Shown: one piece after another, positions 19,950-29,755 of the stretch
Layout: the number at the start of each line of letters is the position of its first letter
Position numbering within the stretch: position 1 is the first letter of the stretch
Source: Candidatus Kuenenia stuttgartensis
GTDB taxonomy: Bacteria; Planctomycetota; Brocadiia; Brocadiales; Brocadiaceae
Direction of reading: 5' to 3'
Length of the DNA: 32,000 nt
NCBI RefSeq assembly: GCF_900232105.1
Contig: NZ_LT934425.1
Location: 2,100,001-2,132,000 of the forward strand
Program-made: the position numbers and the translations under genes
Notes under the pieces: generated by a model
Database searches by the model: none
Told to the model about the DNA's origin: nothing
The model's input: the letters and a program-made list of their open reading frames with translations, nothing else

Positions 19950-20093
19950 TCGTATTGCCTTGCCAATTCAATTCATGCAGAGCATCAAATGCATTTCCTT
20001 CCACACTGTTTGATGGAGCCGTGACACAATAAATAATTGTGACAGGTCTTTTAAAACCAAACCTAATTTAATAGCAATCAATTTGGGGTAAAA

Positions 20094-21434
20094 ATGCAAA
20101 TACCGGTAGCAGTAATTGTCGGAAGGCCAAACGTGGGAAAATCTGCGTTGTTTAATTGTTTTTCCCGACGGAGAATATCTATTGTTGAACCTACCTCCGG
20201 TGTAACCAGAGACCGGGTATCAACCGAAATACGCCATAAGGATTGTGTGTTTGAGTTGGTTGATACTGGCGGCATGGGGATAACAGATTCAGACGGCCTT
20301 ACAGAAGATATTGAGATGCAGATAGAAGTAGCGCTTGCGGCGGCGGATGTTGTTCTTTTTGTTGTTGATGTACGCGAAGGCGTCACGCCTTTAGATAGAA
20401 TTGTCGCAGAAAGATTACGGCATGTAAAAAAGGAAGTAATCCTTATCGCAAATAAGGTCGATACACCGAAATTTGAGCATTCAATGGGCGAATTTAACGA
20501 ACTGGGTTTTGGAGAACCACACCCGGTTTCTGCAATAGAAGGATATGGCAGGTCGGACTTGCTTGACAAAATCATTTCTCTTTTTCCTCTCCAGGAACCT
20601 TACGACAATACAGATTCCGTACCTATTATGAAAATGGCAATAGTAGGGAAGCGAAATGCGGGAAAATCCACTTTAATTAATACCCTTGCCAGAAAGCAAC
20701 GTGTCATTGTAAGCGAGGTGCCTGGAACGACAAGGGATTCAATTGACGTGAAATTTGAAATGGATAATAAACAGTTTTTAGCAATAGATACCGCCGGTGT
20801 ACGCAAAAAAAGCCAGGTAAAAGATTCTATCGAATTTTACAGCATGGCTCGTGCGGAAAGGTCTATCCGGCGGGCAGATGTGGTATTGTTCCTGATTGAT
20901 GCAACCCTCAAAATCTCAGATGTAGATAAGAAGTTAGGGGCGTACATCGACCTGGAAAGAAAACCATGTGTGATCGTTATTAACAAATGGGATTTGGTTA
21001 AGGGCATTGAAACAGAAGAATATCATGAGTATATAAATAAAAGCCTGCCGGGTCTTTCATTTGTCCCTATTTCATTTATTAGCGCCAAAAACAACGATCA
21101 CGTTGCCGAGATGATTCACCTTGCGATGGATCTTTATGAGCAGGCCAATACAAGGGTTTCAACGTCGGAGTTAAATAAGGTGGTAGAAGATGCCCTGAAG
21201 TTGCAACGTCCCGGGCAAAGAAAGTCAAAAACACCGAGGATATATTACTGTACTCAAATAAGTGTCGCCCCCCCTACATTTGTAATATTTGTAAATGACC
21301 CCACACTTTTTGATAATAATTATGAACGATACCTTGGTAATCAGCTTCGCCGCAAACTGGCATTCCCGGAAATTCCTCTTAAATTTTATTTCCGTCAAAG
21401 ATCACAGACAAAACAGAAAACGGAACATTCATAG
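20094..21434 (+). CDS. der: Ribosome-associated tandem-GTPase Der/EngA
   Basis: 446 aa; two G domains, 'GRPNVGKSALFN' and 'GKRNAGKSTLIN', plus C-terminal KH-like region. Confidence 0.97.
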   Translation: MQIPVAVIVGRPNVGKSALFNCFSRRRISIVEPTSGVTRDRVSTEIRHKDCVFELVDTGGMGITDSDGLTEDIEMQIEVALAAADVVLFVVDVREGVTPLDRIVAERLRHVKKEVILIANKVDTPKFEHSMGEFNELGFGEPHPVSAIEGYGRSDLLDKIISLFPLQEPYDNTDSVPIMKMAIVGKRNAGKSTLINTLARKQRVIVSEVPGTTRDSIDVKFEMDNKQFLAIDTAGVRKKSQVKDSIEFYSMARAERSIRRADVVLFLIDATLKISDVDKKLGAYIDLERKPCVIVINKWDLVKGIETEEYHEYINKSLPGLSFVPISFISAKNNDHVAEMIHLAMDLYEQANTRVSTSELNKVVEDALKLQRPGQRKSKTPRIYYCTQISVAPPTFVIFVNDPTLFDNNYERYLGNQLRRKLAFPEIPLKFYFRQRSQTKQKTEHS

Positions 21435-21543
21435 TTCATATTTAAATCAGTTGTGGATTCAAAAGACAAAAACCCAACAAATTTTCCCTGTAAGTATTTT
21501 CTACAGATAAACCGCAAATAAATTTCTTAAAACCCATCCCCGA

Positions 21544-22212
21544 ATGCATCCAAAAATGCTGAAGATCATAAAATATAATAGTTTTTATCTTGGTTTTTTG
21601 TTTATAATGTTTTTTTTAATATGTGTAACTGTATTATTTGCAGGTGACCAGGATAAATTGTTTTGGGATAGCAGATATAAGACGGAGGAATATATTTTTG
21701 GCAGGGAGCCTACCGCATTTTTAAAGGAACATATTAGTCTTTTACCCAAAGGAAAAGCATTGGATGTTGCAACGGGCGAAGGCCGCAATGCCGTTTTTTT
21801 GGCAAAAAACGGGTTCGAGGTGGACTGCTGCGATGTTTCTGCCGTCGCCATTGAAAAGGCAAAAAATCTGGCAAAAGAAAACAATGTCCGCATTAATGCA
21901 TTTGTAGCGGATTTGAAAGACTATAAATTGCCCAAAAATTCCTATGATGCAATAACCTGTTTTTACTACTTACAAAGGGATCTCATTCCTCAAATAAAGG
22001 ACTCTCTCAAGGTCGGGGGAATGATCATGTACGAGACCTTTACTGTTGAGAATGCTGAACGCGGTTTTGACGGGCCTAAGAACAAAGAATATTTATTAAA
22101 ACCGAATGAGCTGCTGTATTTTTTCATGGATTTTAAGATTATTTATTACCGGGAACTCGTTTTAGACGATAAAAAGGCGATAGCAAGTTTAATTGCGGAA
22201 AAATACAAATGA
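21544..22212 (+). CDS. Class I SAM-dependent methyltransferase (TehB-like) with N-terminal TM/signal segment
   Basis: 222 aa; 'LGFLFIMFFLICVTVLFAGD' hydrophobic N-terminus; 'ALDVATGEGRNAVFLAKNGFEVDCCDVS' SAM-binding motifs. Confidence 0.88.
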   Translation: MHPKMLKIIKYNSFYLGFLFIMFFLICVTVLFAGDQDKLFWDSRYKTEEYIFGREPTAFLKEHISLLPKGKALDVATGEGRNAVFLAKNGFEVDCCDVSAVAIEKAKNLAKENNVRINAFVADLKDYKLPKNSYDAITCFYYLQRDLIPQIKDSLKVGGMIMYETFTVENAERGFDGPKNKEYLLKPNELLYFFMDFKIIYYRELVLDDKKAIASLIAEKYK

Positions 22213-24398
22213 AATTTTTAGAAGATGTTACGGACAAACAGCGTGAAGCGATTACCCATATTGACGGTCCTCTTTTGATTGTTGCGGGCGCGGGTAGCGG
22301 AAAAACACGGGTAATCACACGGCGTATCGGCTATTTAATGTCGGAAGGTATTTCCCCATACAATATATTGGCCATAACATTTACCAATAAGGCGGCAAAT
22401 GAAATGGCTGAAAGGGTGAAAAAATTTTCCTCTCATAAAGGAATGTGGGTCTCCACATTCCACAAGATGTGCTCAAGAATTTTAAGAAAAGATATAGAAT
22501 TGCTTGGTTATTCAAAAGATTTTACCATTTACGATACGGTGGATCAATTGAACAGGATTAAATCCATCATGGCCGATTTAGAGATTGATACCGCCCACTG
22601 GAAGCCGAGGAGTATTATAAGTTCCATCAGCAATGCCAAGAACAAACTTATCGACCATGAACGATTCGCTGCAACAGCGTCAGATATTTATCACCAAATG
22701 GTTGCAAAAATTTATAAAAAATATGATACCATGCTAAAATCCGGCAATGCTCTGGACTTTGATGACCTTCTCATAAAGACGGTTGAACTTTTAAAAATAC
22801 GCCCGGATGTATTGTCTTCATATCAGGAACGGTTTAAATATATCCTCATCGATGAATATCAGGATACTAATTTTGTTCAATATGCTATTTCACGGCTGCT
22901 AGCACAGAAATACAAAAATATTTGTGTGACGGGAGACCCTGACCAGTCGATTTACGGCTGGCGCGGTGCGGATTTAAGAAACATAATGGATTTTGAAAAA
23001 GACTATCCCGACGCCAGGGTCGTGCTACTGGAGCAAAATTATCGTTCGACAAAGAACATCCTGCTGGCGGCATCGAGTGTTATTCAAAAAAATAAATACA
23101 GGAAGCAGAAAGAAATCTGGACGGAAAATGAACATGGGGAAAAGATAAAGACAATACATTGCGAGAATGAACATAGCGAGGCGGAAGAAATCGCAAAAAC
23201 AATCAGGGCGCTGCGCGGAAATGGAATAAAATATACGGAGATAGCCCTGTTTTATCGTACCAATGCCCAATCCAGGACGCTGGAAATAGCACTCAGAAAT
23301 GCCGGGATTCCCTATGTAATAGTTGGCGGCGTCGAATTTTACCGGCGAAAGGAGATAAAAGATATACTGGCGTATATTAGATTATGCGTAAATCCATGCG
23401 ATGACTCGGCGTTAGAACGTGCGATTAATACGCCGGCCCGCGGTATTGGAACTACTACAGTTAAGAAAATAAAAGAATGGGCTGAGAGCCGGGAGTCAAC
23501 ACTATTCAACGCCATTGGGATTGTGGATGCAATTCATGAAGTCACCGGCAAATCTGCCGCGGCAATAAAAAGGTTTTATGAACTAATTATGGTCTTGCGC
23601 CATATGCCGGAGACGTCAGTGGAAAAAACACTTAAAAGCATAATTGACAAAACAGGGTATATCCATTTTCTCAGAAAATCTGAAGAAAAAGAGTCTGAGG
23701 ACCGCATAGCGAATGTGGAAGAATTGGTGAATGCTGCCCATGAATATGATGCAAACCATACTGACGGTTCTTTGCAGGGTTTTTTAGAGGAAGTGGCGCT
23801 TATTTCCGATTTGGATACGGTTGAAGACATGGCGGAAGCGGTGACGCTTATGACATTGCATACGGCGAAGGGGCTGGAATTTCCTGTCGTGTTTATTTCC
23901 GGTATGGAAGAGGGTTTATTGCCTCATTCAGAATCGCGGATTTCAGAGGAAGAAATTGAAGAAGAACGGCGGTTGTGCTATGTGGGCATAACCCGGGCGA
24001 TGAAAAGGCTTTTTCTTACGTACACAAAAAGGAGGATGAGATACGGTCAATTGATACCATGTGTAGCATCCCGGTTTTTAGATGAAATACATGCTGACTG
24101 CATGGATAGGCTGGATAAGACGGAAAACCATTTTTCTTACGAATATCAGGGGAAGAGTAATTCATGGGAAAACGACGCAGTGGAAGCCTGCGATGTGTTA
24201 TCAGAAAGTGACGTATTTCCCTCCGGAAATGTCCGGACTTTTTTAAACGGCGAGGTGGTACGGCATCCTGTGTTTGGCATCGGAAGGGTCCTGGAAATGC
24301 AGGGAAGCAATGAGAAGGCAAGTGTTAAAGTGAGTTTTAATGTCGGCGGAACAAAGAATCTCATGCTGGCATATGCGAAATTGGAAAAAGTAACTTAG
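22209..24398 (+). CDS. pcrA: ATP-dependent DNA helicase, UvrD/PcrA family
   Basis: 729 aa; 'AGAGSGKTRVITRRI', 'DEYQDTNFVQY', 'DPDQSIYGWRGAD', 'MTLHTAKGLEFPVVFISGMEEGLLPH', 'LCYVGITRAMKRL'. Confidence 0.96.
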   Translation: MKFLEDVTDKQREAITHIDGPLLIVAGAGSGKTRVITRRIGYLMSEGISPYNILAITFTNKAANEMAERVKKFSSHKGMWVSTFHKMCSRILRKDIELLGYSKDFTIYDTVDQLNRIKSIMADLEIDTAHWKPRSIISSISNAKNKLIDHERFAATASDIYHQMVAKIYKKYDTMLKSGNALDFDDLLIKTVELLKIRPDVLSSYQERFKYILIDEYQDTNFVQYAISRLLAQKYKNICVTGDPDQSIYGWRGADLRNIMDFEKDYPDARVVLLEQNYRSTKNILLAASSVIQKNKYRKQKEIWTENEHGEKIKTIHCENEHSEAEEIAKTIRALRGNGIKYTEIALFYRTNAQSRTLEIALRNAGIPYVIVGGVEFYRRKEIKDILAYIRLCVNPCDDSALERAINTPARGIGTTTVKKIKEWAESRESTLFNAIGIVDAIHEVTGKSAAAIKRFYELIMVLRHMPETSVEKTLKSIIDKTGYIHFLRKSEEKESEDRIANVEELVNAAHEYDANHTDGSLQGFLEEVALISDLDTVEDMAEAVTLMTLHTAKGLEFPVVFISGMEEGLLPHSESRISEEEIEEERRLCYVGITRAMKRLFLTYTKRRMRYGQLIPCVASRFLDEIHADCMDRLDKTENHFSYEYQGKSNSWENDAVEACDVLSESDVFPSGNVRTFLNGEVVRHPVFGIGRVLEMQGSNEKASVKVSFNVGGTKNLMLAYAKLEKVT

Positions 24399-24419
24399 GA
24401 TGAAAAGAAGGAAGGTATA

Positions 24420-25583
24420 ATGGAAAAACTTTACATGGATAATGCCGCGGGAACGCCAATGCATCCACAGGTGATAGATGCAATTATCCCATTTTTAAAA
24501 GAAGGGTATGGCAACCCTTCCAATATACATCAGTTTGGAAGATTTACAAGCGATGCAATACGAAGTGCGCGTGAGAGTGTGGCAAATCTTATTAACGCAA
24601 AAGCAAACGAAATTATTTTTACCTCAAGCGGAACGGAGGCAAATAATTTTGCAATAAAAGGCATCTCTGCCGCAAACAAAAAGAAAGGTAATCATATTAT
24701 TACCTCTGCAATAGAACATTTTTCCGTACTTAATCCCCTGAAATCCCTGGAGAAATCAGGATATGAAATTACCTGTTTGCCGGTTGATAAGTATGGATTG
24801 GTAAATCCTGACGATGTAAAAAATGCGATTAAACCGACAACGATATTGGTCTCGATACTGTTTGCCAATGGCGAAATCGGGACAATCGAACCGATCAGAG
24901 AAATTTCGGCGGTTGTTAAGGCAAAGGACATTATTTTCCATACAGATGCCGTTGCCGCAGCAGGAAATATTCCTATAGATGTTGCAGATGTGGCGGTTGA
25001 CGTGTTAAGCATGTCTGCAAACCAATTTTATGGCCCGTCAGGAACTGGTGCGCTTTATGTGAGAGAAGGGGTAAGGCTTCTTCCCTTGATAGAAGGCGGG
25101 GTGCAGGAAGGTGGCAGAAGGGCTGGAACGGAAAATGTTATCGGCATTGTTGGTATGGGAAAAGCGGCTGAATTGGCAAAGAGCGAAATGCCGCAACGAA
25201 CAAAACAGATACAGAAATTAAGAGACATGCTGCACGACGGGTTGTTGGGAAAAATCAGCCATATCCATATAAACGGGCATTTGACAAACAAGCTTCCGGG
25301 AAATCTGAGCGTGTGCATAGAATTTATTGAAGGTGAATCGGTGCTGTTGTTTCTGGATATGCAGGGCATTGCAATTTCAAGCGGTTCCGCATGCACTTCA
25401 CGCTCTTTGAAGGCGTCACATGTAATAATGGCGACAGGCGTAGACCCTGCGCTGGCTCAGGGTACGGTACTTTTTAGTATCGGGAGGGAGAATACGGAAG
25501 AAGACGTTGAATGTGTCCTTGAAAAAATGCCTCCCATTGTGGAACGTCTTCGACAGATGTCCCCATTGTACCAGCAGAAATAA
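24420..25583 (+). CDS. nifS: Cysteine desulfurase (NifS/IscS family)
   Basis: 387 aa; 'MDNAAGTPMHPQV', 'FTSSGTEANNFAIKG', 'SANQFYGPSGTGALYVR', 'SSGSACTSRSLKASHV'. Confidence 0.96.
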   Translation: MEKLYMDNAAGTPMHPQVIDAIIPFLKEGYGNPSNIHQFGRFTSDAIRSARESVANLINAKANEIIFTSSGTEANNFAIKGISAANKKKGNHIITSAIEHFSVLNPLKSLEKSGYEITCLPVDKYGLVNPDDVKNAIKPTTILVSILFANGEIGTIEPIREISAVVKAKDIIFHTDAVAAAGNIPIDVADVAVDVLSMSANQFYGPSGTGALYVREGVRLLPLIEGGVQEGGRRAGTENVIGIVGMGKAAELAKSEMPQRTKQIQKLRDMLHDGLLGKISHIHINGHLTNKLPGNLSVCIEFIEGESVLLFLDMQGIAISSGSACTSRSLKASHVIMATGVDPALAQGTVLFSIGRENTEEDVECVLEKMPPIVERLRQMSPLYQQK

Positions 25584-25611
25584 CAGAAAATAATAATAAG
25601 GAGGTATATAT

Positions 25612-26058
25612 ATGCAATATAGCGCAAAGGTAATGGATCATTTTGCAAATCCGCGTAATGTAGGAGAAGTTGCTGAGGCAGATGGCGTTGGCGAGGTGGG
25701 AAACCCTGCATGCGGCGATATCATGAAGATGTCCATTAAGGTGAAGGATAATGTAATAGTTGACGCAAAGTTTAAAACATTCGGCTGCGGGGCGGCTATT
25801 GCAACTAGCAGTATTTCTACAGAAATGATTATAGGAAAAACGCTTGACGAAGCGTTGCGGCTTACCAATAAAGCAGTTGCAGAAGCATTGGATGGCTTGC
25901 CGCCGGCAAAAATGCATTGTTCTGTATTGGCAGAAGAAGCAATTGAAGCCGCTATCGATGACTACCTTAAGAAAACAACTGGAAAAGGCCTGGAGAAAAA
26001 GAAGGGGCATTCACACGAAGAGCATCACCACCATGAACCCGATTTCCGGCCAAATTAA
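25612..26058 (+). CDS. nifU: Fe-S cluster scaffold NifU/IscU N-terminal type with His-rich tail
   Basis: 148 aa; 'MDHFANPRNVGE', 'GNPACGDIM', 'FKTFGCGAAIATSS', 'KMHCSVLAEEAI'; tail 'KKKGHSHEEHHHHEPDF'. Confidence 0.96.
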   Translation: MQYSAKVMDHFANPRNVGEVAEADGVGEVGNPACGDIMKMSIKVKDNVIVDAKFKTFGCGAAIATSSISTEMIIGKTLDEALRLTNKAVAEALDGLPPAKMHCSVLAEEAIEAAIDDYLKKTTGKGLEKKKGHSHEEHHHHEPDFRPN

Positions 26059-26100
26059 CGCATTGCGTTTTATGCAATAATAAAGAGAGGATTCATAGCA

Positions 26101-26331
26101 ATGAAAGCGGATGAAACACTCGATTGTTACGGACTTATGTGTCCGATGCCCATTTTTAAAACCGCAGGCAAGATGAACGAAATAGCGCCGGGCAAAATAC
26201 TTGAGATAATCGCTACAGATGAAGGAATTAAAAAAGACATTGTTTCGTGGTGCAATAGCACGGGAAATGAGCTTTTAGAGATAAACGAAGAAGAAGGAGA
26301 GATTCACCTGTTTGTGAGAAAATCGAGTTAA
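26101..26331 (+). CDS. tusA: TusA/SirA-family sulfur carrier protein
   Basis: 76 aa; 'ETLDCYGLMCPMPIFKTAGKMNEIAPGKILEIIATDEG' CPxP motif. Confidence 0.93.
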   Translation: MKADETLDCYGLMCPMPIFKTAGKMNEIAPGKILEIIATDEGIKKDIVSWCNSTGNELLEINEEEGEIHLFVRKSS

Positions 26332-26491
26332 GATTTAGTAGTAGGTTTGACCCCAAACACTCTGGCTTTGCTCGTTGAGTCTGTCCAAATTCCCCTAATT
26401 CTATACTTGATCTCAACGATTCCAATAGGGTGCATTCCCGATTTTTTGTAAATTTCAGCAGCAATTTTTCATAGCCATAAACTAACTCATT

Positions 26492-26559
26492 ACCCATTCC
26501 TTACCCCTTCCAAGAGGAGAATACTTGGAGTCCCCTCTTGGGAAGGGTAAGGGGTGGGT
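26492..26559. repeat. Imperfect long inverted repeat
   Basis: CTTACCCCTTCCAAGAGG (26500-26517) against complement of CCTCTTGGGAAGGGTAAG (26534-26551), 16/18 matches; pairing extends outward to ACCCA/TGGGT at 26492 and 26559. Confidence 0.75.
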
Positions 26560-26615
26560 TCAAGTTATAATGAATAATTTTGAATGCTCGCTCCATGAAT
26601 TTACACACATTCAAG

Positions 26616-28468
26616 CGGATGTTCACCCCAAGTCAAAAAACAAAAGTGCCGTAAAAGCCTTATATTTATTGGCTTTTACGCCGAACAGCAAGCTTTTTTC
26701 TAGTGACTACCCGTATGTTCCGGCTTGGCAATACTTCTGGCAACTTTATCTGTAATGCCTCTAATAATTCATGTGATTGTTGCCGCGGACGCGGGATCTT
26801 CTGGCAACTAGCTTTTTGGCCTTTGATTGTTACTTCCATCGAACAAATGGTCGTCAATTGTGCGAGACCTTCCTCTACCGTCAAGTCAAAATTCTTCCAC
26901 GCTCTGCGCAGCCTTCGAATTATCATGTACGCAAGCATTACCACAAACACATGTCCCCGTGTACTATCCTCCTTTCTTACATACACCGGACGAACCTCCA
27001 AATTCACCGTCTTACAGTCCCGAAACGCCTTCTCCACTTCCGTTAAATCCTTGTATCGTTCATGTACCAGATTGGTATCCGCCTCGTTCTCCTCAAGATC
27101 AGTCTTGATTGCGTAACAACCATCAAGGTATGATGCCTCCTTTAATGCTTCCTCAGCTCTCTCTATCTTTAGCGTCCTATCCTCTTCTTTTATCTGCACC
27201 CACCCATCAAGTTTCAATCTCGTTAGCCTTTCCCTTGTTGTTTCCAGGGCCTTCGATACTGACGACTTAGGATGTTCCTTCAGATAACTGTTCTTCTTCA
27301 CGATGTATTTCTCTATACTCTGTAATTTTGATACACGGGTCTTTGACATCTCTTCCGCCCTTACCGGATTGCGCCTCAGAATATATCTAACCTCATCATC
27401 CTTTATCTCGCAGAGCTTTTCTTCGAACAATCCTAATTGCAGTATCCCTTTATTTATCAACGACTCTATCTGCGGCTTGGTTATCGCCGTTATGTAATGA
27501 AACCCTTCCGGTAAACTTTCGATTTGCACCGTCTTGATCATCCCACGATCTCCTACAATCGTTACATCTTTGCATCCAAACCGCTCTAATACCTTCTTTA
27601 CCTGAGATTCAAAGGTCTTCGGATCCTGGGTGTTGCCCCTAAATACTTCTGTTGATACCGGCTCCCCGAATTCATCACAAAGCATACCGATCACTATCTG
27701 TTTTTTCCTCTTTTTGCCGTCACGATTATACCCGTACTCACCAAAATGATTCGACTTCCCCTCTAAATAACTGCTCGTCACGTCATACAAAAACAACTTC
27801 GGCTTATTGCCTCCTCGTCTTAACTCAAACAGCTTTCGCTCTATCTTTGCCTGATTCTCTGACAACCATGACAAATTATCGTACAGATTGTTCTCGTCAA
27901 ACCCACGCTTCATATCCAGGACGTCACCCGCAGCATGTATCTGCGCCAGCCTTACTGCAGACAGTCTTGACCCCCGGCCTATTACCCTTGCCATTACTTG
28001 CCAAAGCGCCAGCTTTCCTTCAAAGTCCTTTCCCAATGCCTCTTCTATCCCTAATTCCTTTGCCACTTGGTACACGCTCCACGCTGCTCCCACAGACAAA
28101 CCCTCATGGAGTTTCACCGATTCTGACAATGCGCCCAATGCACAGAGATCGTCTTTATGTGCGAGTGCAAGTCTTATCGCTTCAATCTCCAGGGGAGTGC
28201 AATTCGACAGATTCGCAATGGTGCGTTTCTTGACCTTCCCATCCTCACGGTACGATTCCCGCAGAAGGGTAGATCGATAGATTTTTTTACCGGATTTTGA
28301 CTTGTTCTCTACAATATGCATGTCCACCATTGTACAGATAACAACCATTATCAGTCAAGTATATTGTCGGATAATAACAATATATTAGTGACTACATATT
28401 TATTAAAAATACAGCCTTAACAAACTATATATTAAGCACTTATGCGTTTTGGCAGGGGTGAACATCCG
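26616..28468 (-). mobile_element. Complete IS1634-like (IS4 superfamily) insertion sequence, about 1853 bp
   Basis: 14-bp perfect TIRs CGGATGTTCACCCC (26616-26629; complement 28455-28468); exact 6-bp direct repeat TTCAAG at 26610-26615 and 28469-28474. Confidence 0.9.
26666..28348 (-). CDS. IS1634-like family transposase
   Basis: 560 aa; 'LFLYDVTSSYLEG', 'KKRKKQIVIGMLCDEFGEPVSTEVFRGNTQDPKTF', 'VGDRGMI', 'VFVVMLAYMIIRRL' DDE transposase features. Actual start is probably an internal Met. Confidence 0.93.
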   Translation of the reverse strand: MVVICTMVDMHIVENKSKSGKKIYRSTLLRESYREDGKVKKRTIANLSNCTPLEIEAIRLALAHKDDLCALGALSESVKLHEGLSVGAAWSVYQVAKELGIEEALGKDFEGKLALWQVMARVIGRGSRLSAVRLAQIHAAGDVLDMKRGFDENNLYDNLSWLSENQAKIERKLFELRRGGNKPKLFLYDVTSSYLEGKSNHFGEYGYNRDGKKRKKQIVIGMLCDEFGEPVSTEVFRGNTQDPKTFESQVKKVLERFGCKDVTIVGDRGMIKTVQIESLPEGFHYITAITKPQIESLINKGILQLGLFEEKLCEIKDDEVRYILRRNPVRAEEMSKTRVSKLQSIEKYIVKKNSYLKEHPKSSVSKALETTRERLTRLKLDGWVQIKEEDRTLKIERAEEALKEASYLDGCYAIKTDLEENEADTNLVHERYKDLTEVEKAFRDCKTVNLEVRPVYVRKEDSTRGHVFVVMLAYMIIRRLRRAWKNFDLTVEEGLAQLTTICSMEVTIKGQKASCQKIPRPRQQSHELLEALQIKLPEVLPSRNIRVVTRKKLAVRRKSQ

Positions 28469-28692
28469 TTCAAGTAAAATATCAGTCAACGGCTTTCTTT
28501 TTTACAAAAAATCTGGAATATACCCAATTCCATATAGAGCACCTGCTTGTAGAGGAAAACAAGGGCATTTAACGCCTGATTCCTGGTGTTTGCTGCAACA
28601 TTTTGCGGTGGCCAGAAATGAAATATATTGTGCAACTTCCTTTTCTCCCAGTCACATATCAAACAAATCAAATTCGTGAAGGCTTAATTTTC

Positions 28693-28968
28693 GTAACACT
28701 TTAGTTTTTTGAAAAATGTATTACCTATAAGCTCCGTAGGAGTGGCCTGTTTGTAGCAAAATAGAATATTATAACAGATATTAGCTCCGTTAGGAGCGAC
28801 CTGTCTCTTGTAAATCCATATTAAACAGGTCTGCCTGAATACGGACAGGCCGCTCCTACGGAGCTATTTACCTTATTGAATTTTATTGCGCTACAAACAG
28901 ACCGCCCCTGACGGGGCTACATGGTATTTTTTCTATCACGGGAATTTTTCAAAAAACTAAAGTGTTAC
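28693..28968. mobile_element. MITE-like non-autonomous element, 276 bp
   Basis: Perfect 25-bp TIRs GTAACACTTTAGTTTTTTGAAAAAT (28693-28717) / complement (28944-28968); exact 8-bp direct repeat TAATTTTC at 28685-28692 and 28969-28976; no supported ORF inside. Confidence 0.9.
28730..28865. repeat. Three copies of a 21-22 bp repeat inside the 276-bp element, third inverted
   Basis: AGCTCCGTAGGAGTGGCCTGT 28730-28750; AGCTCCGTTAGGAGCGACCTGT 28783-28804; ACAGGCCGCTCCTACGGAGCT 28845-28865 (inverted). Confidence 0.9.
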
Positions 28969-29530
28969 TAATTTTCTCATATCACAAAACGCATGTTTGA
29001 ATCCGTAAGATTCTGCAAACATCGGAAACAAATTTTTTCCCAGATACCGTGGGACGCAAAAGTATATCCCGCATGCAGTCACAAAAAAAATATTGCTGCA
29101 ATAATAACCTTGTATTTCAGTGATTCTTTTACCCGGATAAGATAATTTATTTCATAATTACAGAAAAGAATATAGTATTGGGGAAAAAGTGGAAAAGTTG
29201 TCATAACAAAGTTGCCCGGGTTTAAGGATTTTTGGTATGTATCATATCCTCGGTTGAGGGTTATTTCTGTCATGAAACGAATGAACAAATCAGCTTCATA
29301 TATTTATGAAACAAAATAGTTAACCGCACGGAGTATCTCTGTTCACATATTTCCAATATAGGTAAAATTTGAATATGTGCCTTGCAATTCTTTATTTTTA
29401 TAAGTGCTTTTTGTTCTGATGTAAAATATTTAACGTGCCTTCAAATAGAGAAAAGCCATCAAGGATCAGCTTTCAGGCGTTCATAATTTTTATATACGTA
29501 TTCTTGCTGGCAATTTGTTGTACAAACAAG

Positions 29531-29639
29531 CAGTCATCATGTTTCATTTGCAACACCCAGAAACGATGAAAATGGTTTTATAACCATATCATATTGCGGT
29601 ACCTGTGCTTGAGCTATTTTTTGTAGTTTTACTTTCGAG
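29531..29639 (+). repeat. Copy A of an approximately 109-bp direct repeat
   Basis: CAGTCATCATGTTTCATTTGCAACACCCAGAAACGATGAAAATGG...; repeated at 29995-30104 with roughly ten mismatches and one indel. Confidence 0.88.
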
Positions 29640-29755
29640 TCGAAAACATCTGGCATTTCTGTTTCTGTACCGGTTCAAATGTATAGGGCCATCCAAAAGG
29701 TATCAGCTTGTAATTTACAAGGTCTCTGCTTGTCATTGCAGGGGGGGGGCTCCGC

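Noticed and set aside
20078-20575. 165-aa antisense ORF
   Set aside because: Fully antisense to der with Ser/Thr-rich composition typical of spurious reverse frames.
27652-28233. 193-aa plus-strand ORF in the IS1634-like element
   Set aside because: Antisense to the transposase; low-complexity Ser/Pro/Leu composition.
28730-28865. Possible CRISPR array
   Set aside because: Only three units, one inverted, with irregular spacing and no cas genes; better explained as internal repeats of the TIR-bounded element.
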